IMG/VR virus record: IMGVR_UViG_3300043775_001610
Coordinates: 32,001 to 96,000 of that record
Reading direction: 5' to 3' (one strand)
Length of the DNA: 64,000 nt
DNA from: a virus
This document shows positions 29,579-40,348 of the stretch, in pieces. The notes below the pieces were generated by a model, which searched no databases, had not been told where the DNA came from, and saw only the letters and a list, made by a program, of their open reading frames with translations. The position numbers and the translations under genes were made by a program. The number at the start of each line of letters is the position of its first letter. Position 1 is the first letter of the stretch.

Positions 29579-30435
29579 TAACAAAATTTGGAAAAAGATT
29601 TTTAACTAGCTATATTGCAGGAACCTCCTCTCTGGATTCAAAAGAGATGGCTTTGGGTATTGCAACAAATTCTGAGTATCCAATATCTGATACAAACTCA
29701 AGATTAGGGTTTGAATTCTATAGGGTTCCAATTAGGCAAGGCGGAATTAATATTGATACAACAACATCTCCAACAACTTATACCGTAATTTTTTCTGCTA
29801 CTCTTCCTACAAACATATCTGGAAAAATTAATGAGATTGGTATATATTCTGGACAATCATATGCTAGACATCTTTATAGCAGCAAGTTTATTTCAAATTT
29901 CGAATTGCCTTATGAATGGACTCCAGAGCCAGCGCTAGATCAAGTTAACAGTAGAGTTTTAGATAGCTCTTTAACGTTTACTTCAAACTCTACATCCCCA
30001 CAAGAGTATACTTATCCACTGTCAAATTTAGATATTTCTGGGTATAACCCACTTGATACAATGTGCCTTTGCTATAAAGCAAATGATGCAAACCTGTCTT
30101 CTATAAAAGTTAGACTCTACAGTTCTGATTCAGACTATATACAGTTTACTTTTTCTGGTCATTCGGTAGGAGATAACATTAAGTCTGTATTTATGTCTAG
30201 CGGAGTAACAACAGGAACATTTAATCCAGAGAGCGTTAGTAAGGTTGGAGTAATAATTACACCAACATCAGCTCAAACATCTGTATCTATGGATGGCCTT
30301 AGAATAAATGACGAGGACACCTTTGACCCAGAATACGGATTAATTGCCAGATCGATACTTGACTCAACAATGATCAAGGTCCTTGGAAGAGAATCTAAGA
30401 TAGAGTTTAAACTAGATCTGTCGTTTGGAGTCTAG
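29575..30435 (+). CDS. Baseplate/minor tail protein
   Basis: MITKFGKRFL...MALG...EFYR...INEIG pattern. Confidence 0.6.
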   Translation: MITKFGKRFLTSYIAGTSSLDSKEMALGIATNSEYPISDTNSRLGFEFYRVPIRQGGINIDTTTSPTTYTVIFSATLPTNISGKINEIGIYSGQSYARHLYSSKFISNFELPYEWTPEPALDQVNSRVLDSSLTFTSNSTSPQEYTYPLSNLDISGYNPLDTMCLCYKANDANLSSIKVRLYSSDSDYIQFTFSGHSVGDNIKSVFMSSGVTTGTFNPESVSKVGVIITPTSAQTSVSMDGLRINDEDTFDPEYGLIARSILDSTMIKVLGRESKIEFKLDLSFGV

Positions 30436-33400
30436 TGTGACTGAACAGTATAAAGATTTAGGAAGAATTACCCAGAGTAAAGACGGAGACTACTGGGAGG
30501 TAGAGATATCCGATTTAGATTTTGATACTCAATACTCTCTAGAAGCAGCCTGGGTATTTTCAGATAAGACCAAAGGCACAAGCCCTTTTTCAGATCCATA
30601 TAATTTTACAACACCTGAACAAGAAGGCCTTCTGGCCCCACAGTTTAGAGAACAAGACTTAGATGCAATAAGCTCAATACTATACATCAACTGGAGCGGA
30701 TTAAACTCTAGCCTTGTTCCGTATGATTCTTCAATATTTAAACAAGTTAATGTCTGGATTAAAGGCGGAGATTTTGGAGAACAGTATGTACGCTATGCAT
30801 CATTTTTTACAAAGGCGGGAACGATACAGATCAATGCAACAAAAGTATCTACATACTGCGTAAAACTTCAGGCAGAAACTAAAGATGGAAAATTTTCACC
30901 ATTTTCAAATGAATTTTGTGTGACCCTATTAGAGCAGCCAGATCCAGTTTATGAAGTTAGACATGAATGGGTTAAAAGAGATTTGGTTTTATTTTGGAAA
31001 TTCCCTGTAAATTTGCCTAAAAACAGCATGGCTGACTCGTTTGCAGTTCAACTAATTGCGGATGGCAAAGACATTACTTTGTATACAAGTGTTGATAAAA
31101 CTAAAATTCCTCCATTAGAGCATAAAATTGTATTTACCGAAGGACGACTGGCAGCTATATTTGGTCAAGTAACTGCATTTCAAACAGACTATGACGCATT
31201 TATTTTTGTAAGAGATAAAAATCTGCAAACAAGCACAGTAGTTGGATACAATGTGACTGCATATGTAGATCCACTAACACCACCAGTTATTTCAGCAATA
31301 AAAGGTCCCATGTCCTATAGTGTTTCATTTACAAATAACTCTGAGTTTGATAGAATATATATAGAAGATAGCACAGACAACGGAGTTACTTGGGTAGATC
31401 AGGGCTCGTCTACTTCAAATCCAGTTTATGTTCAACCTACAAACTCTCTTACACGTCAAGTAAGAGCAAGATTTTCTAGAGTGCGTGGAGGGCTTACTGG
31501 GTATAGCAATATAGTTTCTGTCACTCCAGATAAAATTGATCCAACAGATGAAACTCCGCCAGCAGTACCCACAGTCAACTTCGTATCTTCAACATCATCA
31601 ACTATAACTGTTAATATTGTTAACTCAGATACAAGTACTAAAGCTCATAGATTAAGATTTAGAGAGAGTGGCGCTACCCTTTACCAAACAGACATTGTTC
31701 CGTATACAGCAGCAACTACCCCATATACTTTTGGCGGGCTAAAGCCAAATACAACCTACAATATATCAGCAGCATCATATGATAGCTTAAATAATTTGAG
31801 CGCATTTTCTTCAGATATAAATAGCGTAACGCAATCATTAGCGGCAAATCCTCCAAGTTCAGTTTCTTTAACTGCTGCAGCATCTGGAGTTCTAGGCTCA
31901 TGGACAGCGCCATCAGTTCAGCCAGCAAGAGTTGACAGGTATAAGATAGAGCTGTGGCAAGATTTATCAACTGATGTTTTAATTACTACACAATTTGCCT
32001 TTAGCACAAATATATCATTTGGCGGTCTATCTGCAGGATCATATTACATTAAAGTTCAAACTCAAGATATGTATGGAACACTTAGTGATCCTGTTCAAAG
32101 CAGTAGCGTATCGGTATCTGGAGTTGAACCTACCGATGGTCAGGTACCTTCTAGCTCTCCTGCAGCCACAGTAAATCCTTTATACGGAGCACTTGAAGTT
32201 AAGTGGACAGCAATAACAAATTCAGATCCTGTAACATATGAAATTCATTTATCCACAACAAATAATTTTACTCCTTCAGTATCAACATTAGCTCTACAGG
32301 TTACTGGAACGTTTGCAATAATAAAAACTCTTCCAGGAACATCAACTTCCTTAACATATGGAACAACTTACTATGTAAAAATATTAGCTAAAGATGCAGA
32401 TGGTCCTGCAACATCTTATGGAACCCAGGGCTCAGGAATACCATCTGCAATTGATAATGGAGATATTGCTGCAAATGCAATTCGTGCAAACGTAATACGA
32501 GCTGGAGAAATAACAGCAGACCAAGTAAACTCCTCAGCCTTACTTGCAAATAAAGTTATTACTGTAGGTGCCAGGTCTGCAGTGGTTACAGGAGCCTCTG
32601 TATCTGCAGGAAATATAACATATACAACTTCTGATACTCATGGATTTGGAAACGGGACACTGGTATCAGTAACTGGTATGTCCAACACAGCATTTAATAT
32701 TACAAGTTTTGCGATACAATCCACAACAACTAATACATTTGTTGTTGTAGTTGGTGGATCTGGAGCTAGTGGGTCTTTATCAAATCAAACAGGAGTTGCA
32801 ACTTCTACTGTAAATACTGCTATAAAAATAGATGCTTCGGGAACAGGTCTTTCTGCTAGCCCATTTAAGTTATATAGCGGAGCTGGTACATATGCAGATG
32901 CTGGAACAAATCCAGGAACTCCCTTTTATCTAGACACTACTGGAAAATTTTCTTTAAGAGATAGACTGTATTTTGACGGTGCGGGCTTAACGGTTAATGG
33001 AGTGATAAAAGCATCATCTGGTAATTTTGATGGGGCTATGACCGTAAACAATGGAACCATGAAGATAGGAACTTCAGCTGGCGGAGCAACGGGAACCGAT
33101 GGCTTATATATAAATGCAAACAACTATTGGTACAGCTCTGGAAATATTAAAATAGGAAGTGCTTCTAATCATTTAATTTGGGAGGGTGCAACTCTAAAAG
33201 TAACAGGAGAAATAAATGCTGCTTCAGGAAGCATAACTGGCAACTTAACAATGACTGGCGGCGGATCAGTAATTGCCAGAACTGTAGCTAACTCTAATAA
33301 CAGAGTGAATCTAAATTATCTAGGACTTTATGCTTACGATGCAAGTGGAGCAGAAACAACACAAATAATTTCAAATGCTGAAGCTAACGCTCCTACTTTT

Positions 33401-34849
33401 AGAACAGATAGAGCTAGAATAGGAAATTGGACTGTAGCGCCAAATACAATATCTTCAAGTAATATAACTCTAACATCTGGATCAAATGCTTCTTCTACAT
33501 CTATTATTGCTACAAATGGTGGCTCTTATGTTGGAATAAGGCCAAGGGCTACTGATGGCTCAGATATTGTTTTGTGGGCTGGTACAACCAATACTCCAGC
33601 AATAAATAGTTCTACAGTAGGCGGACAAGCTGGTTTCCAGGTAAATGCAGATGGTCAACTGTATGCTACTGGAGCAATAATATCTGGAAAGATTACAGTG
33701 CAAGAGGGTTCATCACTTGGCGGACTATTAAATGATACATCTAAAATTTATTATTCATCAAGTATTCCCACAGTTCCTGCTACAGGACATAAGAGTGGAG
33801 ATGCTTGGGTTGATACTGGAAACAACTATATTCTAAAGATATGGAATACTACACTTAATCCACCAGCATGGACGATAGCACAAGATTCAGAATCAGCAAG
33901 AACAATAGCTAATTTAAAGAATAGAACATTTTATGCTACACAATTAACAACCCCAACTAGACCTAATCTATCAGGACAATCATTTGTCTCTGGAGATTTG
34001 TGGATAAACTCTTCTAATAAAAATAAGCCTTATAGGTATGACGGCTCATCCTGGGTAATAGTCGCAGACGCAGATGCTACAGACGCAATAGAGAAAGCTA
34101 ATTCAGCATTAGCAAAAGTTACAAACTATGAAGATAGATTTGGTACTGGTGTAAATGCTGGTCTGCTTGAAGATTTAAAAGTAAATACTCAAGGAAGAGG
34201 AATATATTCTTCATTTGTAGAATCAGGCAATACTTATGCTAAAAGTTCATATGATAGTACAGTAACTGGATTTTATATTGGATGGGACTCTGGAGCTGGA
34301 GTATTGTACCCATCATTAAATATAGGAAACAATAATGCTTTTGTTAAATGGACCAGTAGAGGAACAGGAACTTTAGAAGTAAAAGGAACAATAAGAGCAA
34401 CAGCGGGAGCGTTTGAAGGAAATGTAACAGCTGGTGCAGGAGCAATAACAATTGGAGCTGGTGGAATTTCTACTGCAAGTGGTAAATTTAGTATTGATAC
34501 AGCAGGCAATGCATATTTTGGTGGGTCGCTTACATCTGGAACTACATTCAGTCTTGGAAATGGAACATTGTCATATGGTGGTGGAACTAGTGATGTTGTA
34601 TTAAATGGAGCAACATTAAGTTTTACAGGAGCATCTAATATAATATTTGGAGATGATAATAACTATGGTGGAGATGCGACAGTTGTACTTAATCAAAATG
34701 CACAATTAACAAAAGGAAGAGCCTTTCATTATGGAGGAACGACTATACCTACCGTAGCTAACCAGTCAAGACAAATTTATAATAGCAAATTGTCACGGTA
34801 CGATACGGTACCCTTTGTTGCGGGAGATATATGGATGACGGTAGACTAA
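30425..34849 (+). CDS. Tail fibre/host-specificity protein with FN3 repeats
   Basis: FN3 motifs (GLKPNTTYNI, GLSAGSYYIKV, LTYGTTYYVKI); GDAW/GDLW/GDIW repeats; start uncertain. Confidence 0.75.
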   Translation: MESSVTEQYKDLGRITQSKDGDYWEVEISDLDFDTQYSLEAAWVFSDKTKGTSPFSDPYNFTTPEQEGLLAPQFREQDLDAISSILYINWSGLNSSLVPYDSSIFKQVNVWIKGGDFGEQYVRYASFFTKAGTIQINATKVSTYCVKLQAETKDGKFSPFSNEFCVTLLEQPDPVYEVRHEWVKRDLVLFWKFPVNLPKNSMADSFAVQLIADGKDITLYTSVDKTKIPPLEHKIVFTEGRLAAIFGQVTAFQTDYDAFIFVRDKNLQTSTVVGYNVTAYVDPLTPPVISAIKGPMSYSVSFTNNSEFDRIYIEDSTDNGVTWVDQGSSTSNPVYVQPTNSLTRQVRARFSRVRGGLTGYSNIVSVTPDKIDPTDETPPAVPTVNFVSSTSSTITVNIVNSDTSTKAHRLRFRESGATLYQTDIVPYTAATTPYTFGGLKPNTTYNISAASYDSLNNLSAFSSDINSVTQSLAANPPSSVSLTAAASGVLGSWTAPSVQPARVDRYKIELWQDLSTDVLITTQFAFSTNISFGGLSAGSYYIKVQTQDMYGTLSDPVQSSSVSVSGVEPTDGQVPSSSPAATVNPLYGALEVKWTAITNSDPVTYEIHLSTTNNFTPSVSTLALQVTGTFAIIKTLPGTSTSLTYGTTYYVKILAKDADGPATSYGTQGSGIPSAIDNGDIAANAIRANVIRAGEITADQVNSSALLANKVITVGARSAVVTGASVSAGNITYTTSDTHGFGNGTLVSVTGMSNTAFNITSFAIQSTTTNTFVVVVGGSGASGSLSNQTGVATSTVNTAIKIDASGTGLSASPFKLYSGAGTYADAGTNPGTPFYLDTTGKFSLRDRLYFDGAGLTVNGVIKASSGNFDGAMTVNNGTMKIGTSAGGATGTDGLYINANNYWYSSGNIKIGSASNHLIWEGATLKVTGEINAASGSITGNLTMTGGGSVIARTVANSNNRVNLNYLGLYAYDASGAETTQIISNAEANAPTFRTDRARIGNWTVAPNTISSSNITLTSGSNASSTSIIATNGGSYVGIRPRATDGSDIVLWAGTTNTPAINSSTVGGQAGFQVNADGQLYATGAIISGKITVQEGSSLGGLLNDTSKIYYSSSIPTVPATGHKSGDAWVDTGNNYILKIWNTTLNPPAWTIAQDSESARTIANLKNRTFYATQLTTPTRPNLSGQSFVSGDLWINSSNKNKPYRYDGSSWVIVADADATDAIEKANSALAKVTNYEDRFGTGVNAGLLEDLKVNTQGRGIYSSFVESGNTYAKSSYDSTVTGFYIGWDSGAGVLYPSLNIGNNNAFVKWTSRGTGTLEVKGTIRATAGAFEGNVTAGAGAITIGAGGISTASGKFSIDTAGNAYFGGSLTSGTTFSLGNGTLSYGGGTSDVVLNGATLSFTGASNIIFGDDNNYGGDATVVLNQNAQLTKGRAFHYGGTTIPTVANQSRQIYNSKLSRYDTVPFVAGDIWMTVD

Positions 34850-34850
34850 T

Positions 34851-37800
34851 ATGGGAATATATAGAAAAACAACTCCATCATCTTATCCAAATACACCAGC
34901 ATCAAATTTTACAGATTCTTCAAAACATTGGCGCAAGCATAAAAATATGTATAGAAGGACTAGCGATAACGAAACAGCTAGTTTAACTACAGTTCCAGGA
35001 AGATATACGGATGACACGAGATCCTGGAGAAGAATTAGAGCCTTATACAGATTTACTTCTTCTGGAACATGGCAAAAGATCTTTGGTAAATTTGCTGGAC
35101 AGCCATATCCTGAGACCTCCGCTTCAATAAGGTATGATAGTTATACTGGTACAGTAGTAGGCGACTTTGCAGAGATGGGGCCTGGATCTACATCTATTGC
35201 TCAAGGAAGTACTGCTACAACATTTTTGTGGGGAAGAGATGGTCAAGATTGGCAGAATATTGAGACCCTTGCTTCAAGAAGCAGAACTTTTGTGCAGGCT
35301 AGCACTCCTGTTGCGGAAACGGCACAACCTATTACAAATGACGAAGGAAACTTTGATGGAGACAAGCTAAGAAATAGTGAATCTGTAATTTTACAATATG
35401 ACGGAAAGTATGTTTGGTACAGAGACAGAATTACATTATCAAATGGATCAACTGGAACTTCATATAGCCAGCCAGTTAGAATTATTAAGCAGCAACCAGT
35501 TATTAACAATTTAGCATTTAAAACAAATAATGATGTTTCAGCAGGCGAAAGAAAAGATGTATCCTTTTCTATTGCAAATCAATGGTACAGATCTATTGAC
35601 AAAACTAATTCTATGTTTAGATGGTATATATTAGATAGTCAATATGAAACTCCTACACAATCTAAATTGTGGAACTCAACATCTGTATCTTCTGTTATAT
35701 TAACTGAAAATACTACTGTTCTTACAGGAGAAGATTTTTTTACAATACCAACAACATTTGGTGGAGTATCTACAACTGGCAAATGGCTTCATGTTGAATT
35801 AAGATTAAAAAACTCATCATCAGATACTGATCTTGATTATGCATTAGCTCCATACAATGATGTCACAGACTATGTAGTTGCACAAATTGGTGCAAGTATG
35901 CCTTCATTTACATATTCTTTAACTAATATAAGTTCTGTAACCACTCCATCTGCGCCTGTCCAGCAGAGGGTATCTACAACATCAAATACTGTGCTTGTTG
36001 AGATGGGTTCATCGTTTCCTTCTGATACAGAGTCTTATGAGCTTTGGAGTTATGGAGCTGGATCATCAGCTGGAGGAACTTTAGCAAATCCATCTGTTCA
36101 AACGGTATCAACTTTAAATCAGTATAACTCTTCAGGAAACTTTGTTCCAACTGGAGGTTCATTTGATACGGTTACAGGCATATCTTCTACAGCATCAAAT
36201 TCTCCAATAAGTACATTTACTAAAGCAATTGGAACATCTAGAGCACTTCGTTTTAACGTTAGCTCAACATCTGGAGCTCAGAGCTGGAAAATAAATTATA
36301 CAATATCTGGAGCATCTAGCGGTAATGGTACATTTGCACTAAACACAAATTCTATGCCAGCATCAATTACAATATCTGGTGCTGCTAACCCTACCGTAAC
36401 AATAACTGGTGTAACAGCATATTCTGATTTAAATCAGATGGGTACCACTAAAGCAGGAACCGTAGGATCTCAAGTCTCTTTATCAACTATAACAAAGCCT
36501 GTTGCCTTTTCTACCACAGCTACATCTAACTACACTTTTTATACAAACGTTCAAGTTACTGGGTCTAAAAGAAGAGTAACCCTTCCTTCAGTATTTAATT
36601 CAGGAACGACTATCTATGTTTCAACTAATGGGTATATTAACTGGGGAGGATCATCACTTCCTGAAGCAGAACGAGGTATTTCTATATCCATACCAGCGCT
36701 TGACAATTCTGGAATAACAATAGCACCACTAAATGGAGATTTAAGGCAGGGTGCAGTTTCAGCTACTTCAAACACATCAACTGGAGGCCTATGGTATTTT
36801 TCAGACGCTTCTAATTTCTGGGTAACTTGGTGGGGAAATTACTACCAGGATGCAGCACAAGTTGCAAGGTATCAAGTTAAATTTTATTGGGGAAGCAACG
36901 TTGCTGATGTATATATTGTAAATAATAGTTTAACTACAATCACACCAAGTACAACTGCAGTCCAAAATAATACAAGCCAATATCAGAGCTGGTCTGATAC
37001 AACAGTACAAGATTCCGTCCTACTATCAACTGCAACTATGAATAGAGTTTCAACTCAAGATGGAGCTGATGACAACAGAACAGTAATTGTGGCATCTCCT
37101 CCAGTTTTAACATGGACTGTTACATGGGATGCCGCTGGTGGAGAAGGTGGTACGCAATTTACAACACAAAATAGAGGCCTTTCTCACACAGCTCCTTCTC
37201 CAGGTGACAGAGATGGTTTTAATTTTGTCAGCTATCGTTATCCAGCAAGCGGTGGAACAGATCCAGTATTTGTTGGATCAGGAGGAAGCTATACTCCAAC
37301 ATCAAGTGTTACATTTGGAGCCATATGGGCAACAAAAACATATTCGGTTTCTTACAATGCAAACCTAGGCACTGGTGCCCCATCACCTCAAACTAAAACT
37401 CACGGAGTTGCATTAACATTAAGCTCTACAACTCCAACTCGTTCAACAGTTGGAAACACTTCTTATGCTTTTAACGGATGGAACACTGCATCCGATGGAA
37501 CTGGAACTAACTATTCTGCTGGAGGATCATATACTGCAAATGCTGCAGTTATTTTATATGCTAAATGGACCGCTACTACTACAGAATCTGCCACAAAACT
37601 TGCAACACCAACAGGAGTATCTGCTTCTAGAACCTTTACAGACAAAATTCGTATTAGTTGGAATGCTGTCTCAAATGCTTCTAGCTACGGGGTTTGGTAC
37701 AGAGGTGGCGCCCCTTCATACAACAATGTTCCAGATTTTCCAACTACAACAGGGCTGTATCTTGACGACACTTCTGTCGGATCTGGCGTAGAGCGTGAAT

Positions 37801-38186
37801 ACGATGTTCAAGCTTATCCAGCTTCAGGAAGCACTCTTTATCTAAAAAGTGATTGGGGAGGTCCTTCAAATCTTGGATTAAGGGCTACTGCTCCTGCCAC
37901 ACCAGCACCAGTCCTTTCCACTATAACTGGAGACAACAGTTTAATTCTTGGAGGAACTTTTTCTTGGTCTTTTACAAACTCTCCAACCTCGTACTCTGTT
38001 TTTTGCACAGGACCTACGGGAACTGTTTTTACTACAAGTAACCAATACACCTACACTGGAACAACCTTTCGACCAGGATACGATGGAACTGGATGGCAAG
38101 GACCTGGAAGCTATACAATTTATGTATCTGCTAGAAATGCTGGCGGAGACTCCGCTGTTGCATCATATACTAGATCTATGAGCTGA
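34851..38186 (+). CDS. Tail fibre/receptor-binding protein with InlB B-repeat-like and FN3 domains
   Basis: YSVSYNAN...FNGWNT...LYAKW repeats; Ser/Thr-rich. Confidence 0.7.
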   Translation: MGIYRKTTPSSYPNTPASNFTDSSKHWRKHKNMYRRTSDNETASLTTVPGRYTDDTRSWRRIRALYRFTSSGTWQKIFGKFAGQPYPETSASIRYDSYTGTVVGDFAEMGPGSTSIAQGSTATTFLWGRDGQDWQNIETLASRSRTFVQASTPVAETAQPITNDEGNFDGDKLRNSESVILQYDGKYVWYRDRITLSNGSTGTSYSQPVRIIKQQPVINNLAFKTNNDVSAGERKDVSFSIANQWYRSIDKTNSMFRWYILDSQYETPTQSKLWNSTSVSSVILTENTTVLTGEDFFTIPTTFGGVSTTGKWLHVELRLKNSSSDTDLDYALAPYNDVTDYVVAQIGASMPSFTYSLTNISSVTTPSAPVQQRVSTTSNTVLVEMGSSFPSDTESYELWSYGAGSSAGGTLANPSVQTVSTLNQYNSSGNFVPTGGSFDTVTGISSTASNSPISTFTKAIGTSRALRFNVSSTSGAQSWKINYTISGASSGNGTFALNTNSMPASITISGAANPTVTITGVTAYSDLNQMGTTKAGTVGSQVSLSTITKPVAFSTTATSNYTFYTNVQVTGSKRRVTLPSVFNSGTTIYVSTNGYINWGGSSLPEAERGISISIPALDNSGITIAPLNGDLRQGAVSATSNTSTGGLWYFSDASNFWVTWWGNYYQDAAQVARYQVKFYWGSNVADVYIVNNSLTTITPSTTAVQNNTSQYQSWSDTTVQDSVLLSTATMNRVSTQDGADDNRTVIVASPPVLTWTVTWDAAGGEGGTQFTTQNRGLSHTAPSPGDRDGFNFVSYRYPASGGTDPVFVGSGGSYTPTSSVTFGAIWATKTYSVSYNANLGTGAPSPQTKTHGVALTLSSTTPTRSTVGNTSYAFNGWNTASDGTGTNYSAGGSYTANAAVILYAKWTATTTESATKLATPTGVSASRTFTDKIRISWNAVSNASSYGVWYRGGAPSYNNVPDFPTTTGLYLDDTSVGSGVEREYDVQAYPASGSTLYLKSDWGGPSNLGLRATAPATPAPVLSTITGDNSLILGGTFSWSFTNSPTSYSVFCTGPTGTVFTTSNQYTYTGTTFRPGYDGTGWQGPGSYTIYVSARNAGGDSAVASYTRSMS

Positions 38187-38193
38187 TTATATT

Positions 38194-38403
38194 ATGCTAA
38201 GTAATGAAGAAAAAATATACTTAATTGATTTAAAGATAGGTTTCTGGGATAAACGCCTGGAGGAAAGTATTAGGGCTAAGCCAATCTTAAATAATTTTGG
38301 TAACCAAGGGAAAATAGAAGAAAATCTGATAGACATAGATAACTATGTTAGAATTATAGAGGCGCTAAGCCAAGAAAAAAGTACCTTGACTAATCAAGGT
38401 TAA
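38194..38403 (+). CDS. Small hypothetical protein
   Basis: ORF in operon. Confidence 0.5.
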   Translation: MLSNEEKIYLIDLKIGFWDKRLEESIRAKPILNNFGNQGKIEENLIDIDNYVRIIEALSQEKSTLTNQG

Positions 38404-38430
38404 ATGCTATAATATGAAAGGAGGAATAAA

Positions 38431-38655
38431 ATGACAACAACACTAACTAATATAGAAAAAAAATCTATTATTGACCAGGCTATTAAGCAGCTAGACTACT
38501 CTATTTATGCTTCTGAAATAGAAGTTATTCAGATTTCGGCTGTAACGCCAAGAGACCAAGAGCAGTTTGATGCTTATACGGCAAGAATTGCAAATCTAAA
38601 TGCCAAGAGATCAGCTCTTGTCGCAGAAGAATTACTATTAACAGAAGAGGAATAA
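38431..38655 (+). CDS. Small coiled-coil protein
   Basis: Strong GGAGG RBS. Confidence 0.6.
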   Translation: MTTTLTNIEKKSIIDQAIKQLDYSIYASEIEVIQISAVTPRDQEQFDAYTARIANLNAKRSALVAEELLLTEEE

Positions 38656-38658
38656 AAA

Positions 38659-38847
38659 GTGGTAGATAAAGCTGAATTAATTATTACTGCATTGCAACAA
38701 AGAATTGGTGAAATAGTTTCTAACTATGAAACTCAAATTGCTGTACTCCGTGCAGAATTAACACAGCTGTCTGAAGAAAAGGATAGCCATCAAAAAGCTG
38801 TTGATGAATATTCAAAATCACTAGAGACTAAAATAGAAGAGGTTTAA
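38659..38847 (+). CDS. Small coiled-coil protein
   Basis: GAGG RBS; heptad pattern. Confidence 0.6.
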   Translation: MVDKAELIITALQQRIGEIVSNYETQIAVLRAELTQLSEEKDSHQKAVDEYSKSLETKIEEV

Positions 38848-38848
38848 A

Positions 38849-39274
38849 ATGACAGAGGTATTTCAAGATGGTGAGCCAGTAGACGCTCAGAAGTTAAGAA
38901 AGATGCAAGCCGATATTTCTGCAGCCCTGATGAAAGCAGAAGATACCTATAGCCTTAGCAAAGCTACAGCAAATGATGTGTCTGTTTTAAATGTTACTCA
39001 TACAAAAGCATACAGAGTTGTATTTGAAAATGGATTAAATAAAGACAGCGCTGGTAATACAGAGGACATTATCATGGATTGGAATGGATATACGGATGTA
39101 TTCCTTACAGCCACACCAAGAGGAAATCTTTATAAGTATAATCTTCAATGGTCAATTACTGGAGGAATAGGTTCTTTTAAGCTTACCGTTAACAACAAAA
39201 GTGGTGCAGCAATTGGCGGAACTCCAACATTTGATATTATTGCTGCTGGTACAAAACCAAGCAAAACAGCATAA
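38849..39274 (+). CDS. Hypothetical virion protein
   Basis: Last ORF before terminator; FQDGEPVDAQKL N-terminus. Confidence 0.5.
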   Translation: MTEVFQDGEPVDAQKLRKMQADISAALMKAEDTYSLSKATANDVSVLNVTHTKAYRVVFENGLNKDSAGNTEDIIMDWNGYTDVFLTATPRGNLYKYNLQWSITGGIGSFKLTVNNKSGAAIGGTPTFDIIAAGTKPSKTA

Positions 39275-39280
39275 CTTCTA

Positions 39281-39308
39281 TTGACAATCTCAATAAATAT
39301 GTTACAAT
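39281..39308 (+). promoter_or_regulatory. Promoter TTGACA-N16-TACAAT overlapped by a palindrome
   Basis: Perfect -35; ATGTTACA-N5-TGTAACAT at 39299-39319. Confidence 0.55.
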
Positions 39309-39320
39309 TAATGTAACATC

Positions 39321-39345
39321 AAAGTCACGTACCCGTGACTTTTTT
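39321..39345 (+). terminator. Rho-independent terminator
   Basis: AAAGTCACG-TACC-CGTGACTTT plus T run. Confidence 0.75.
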
Positions 39346-39362
39346 ACATATTAAGGTAAATA

Positions 39363-40163
39363 ATGAGCAACGATTTAAAGTGGATGATTTCATCCGACCA
39401 GCAATTCCCATATCAGGATGATAAAATGATTTCACTTTGGTTTAAGGTAATGAAGTGGTTTAAGCCAGATGTTGTTGATTATCTTGGCGACACAGATGAT
39501 CAAGCATGCTATAGCAAATATACAGAAGGCCGTTCAGCAGAATTTTTAAATCTTCATAAGACAGATAGCCGAGATTTAATTGTTCCAATGATGCGACATG
39601 AAGCAAAAGGCGCAAGAGATTTTTATACAAAGACTAGAGAGATGCTCCCAGAGGCACAGCTATTTTCTGCTCTTGGAAATCACGATGTTAGAATTTTTAA
39701 TTATGTAGATGCAAAGCTTCCAGATTATATTAATGAGGTTACTCCAGAAGCTCTATGGGGATTAGATTCACTAGGGTATGAATATATTCATTATAATGAA
39801 TTGCCTAAGCGCCGCTTTGGAGACATCCATGTTCATCATGGTCTCTCTATTGCATCAACAGGATCAGTCCGAAAAGATATGGAAGATCTTCAAATTTCTT
39901 TAATTAGAGGGCACTCTCATAGAATTGCTTCCCACTTAGTTACATATGAATTAAGAAATAATGGAGAGGGAGAAACTCTTCGTGGCTATGAACTTGGTCA
40001 CATGTGCGATGAAAAGGGTCCAGGAATGAAGTACATGCAGCACCACGATTGGCAAAAAGGTTTTGCCATTGCACATATTGTAAATGATTATCCACATATT
40101 CAGATGATCCATGTGGCACCAGATTACTCATGTGTTGTTGATGGGAAACTATTTACGCTATGA
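39363..40163 (+). CDS. Calcineurin-like metallophosphoesterase
   Basis: SDQQ, GDTDD, GNHD, HHG, GHSH motifs. Confidence 0.85.
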   Translation: MSNDLKWMISSDQQFPYQDDKMISLWFKVMKWFKPDVVDYLGDTDDQACYSKYTEGRSAEFLNLHKTDSRDLIVPMMRHEAKGARDFYTKTREMLPEAQLFSALGNHDVRIFNYVDAKLPDYINEVTPEALWGLDSLGYEYIHYNELPKRRFGDIHVHHGLSIASTGSVRKDMEDLQISLIRGHSHRIASHLVTYELRNNGEGETLRGYELGHMCDEKGPGMKYMQHHDWQKGFAIAHIVNDYPHIQMIHVAPDYSCVVDGKLFTL

Positions 40164-40348
40164 TGAAATGCAATAAATGCCAGGGGAGAGTTTTTGTCGA
40201 TAGAGTGTTTTCACAAAAATTACACGTAGAGCTTTTCTGCATGATGTGCGGTAAAAGATGGATGATTAATAAGGATACGAGTGCACTAGGTAAATGGATA
40301 GAAAAAAGAGAAAACAATCAGCTAAGAGCATTCGGTATTTCTTCTTAA
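40160..40348 (+). CDS. Zinc-ribbon protein
   Basis: CNKC...CMMCG. Confidence 0.65.
   Translation: MMKCNKCQGRVFVDRVFSQKLHVELFCMMCGKRWMINKDTSALGKWIEKRENNQLRAFGISS

Noticed and set aside
39299-39319. GlnR or TnrA box
   Set aside because: Spacing is GTTAC-N7-GTAAC / TGTTA-N9-TAACA, not the N6 / N7 consensus; kept only as an unassigned palindrome
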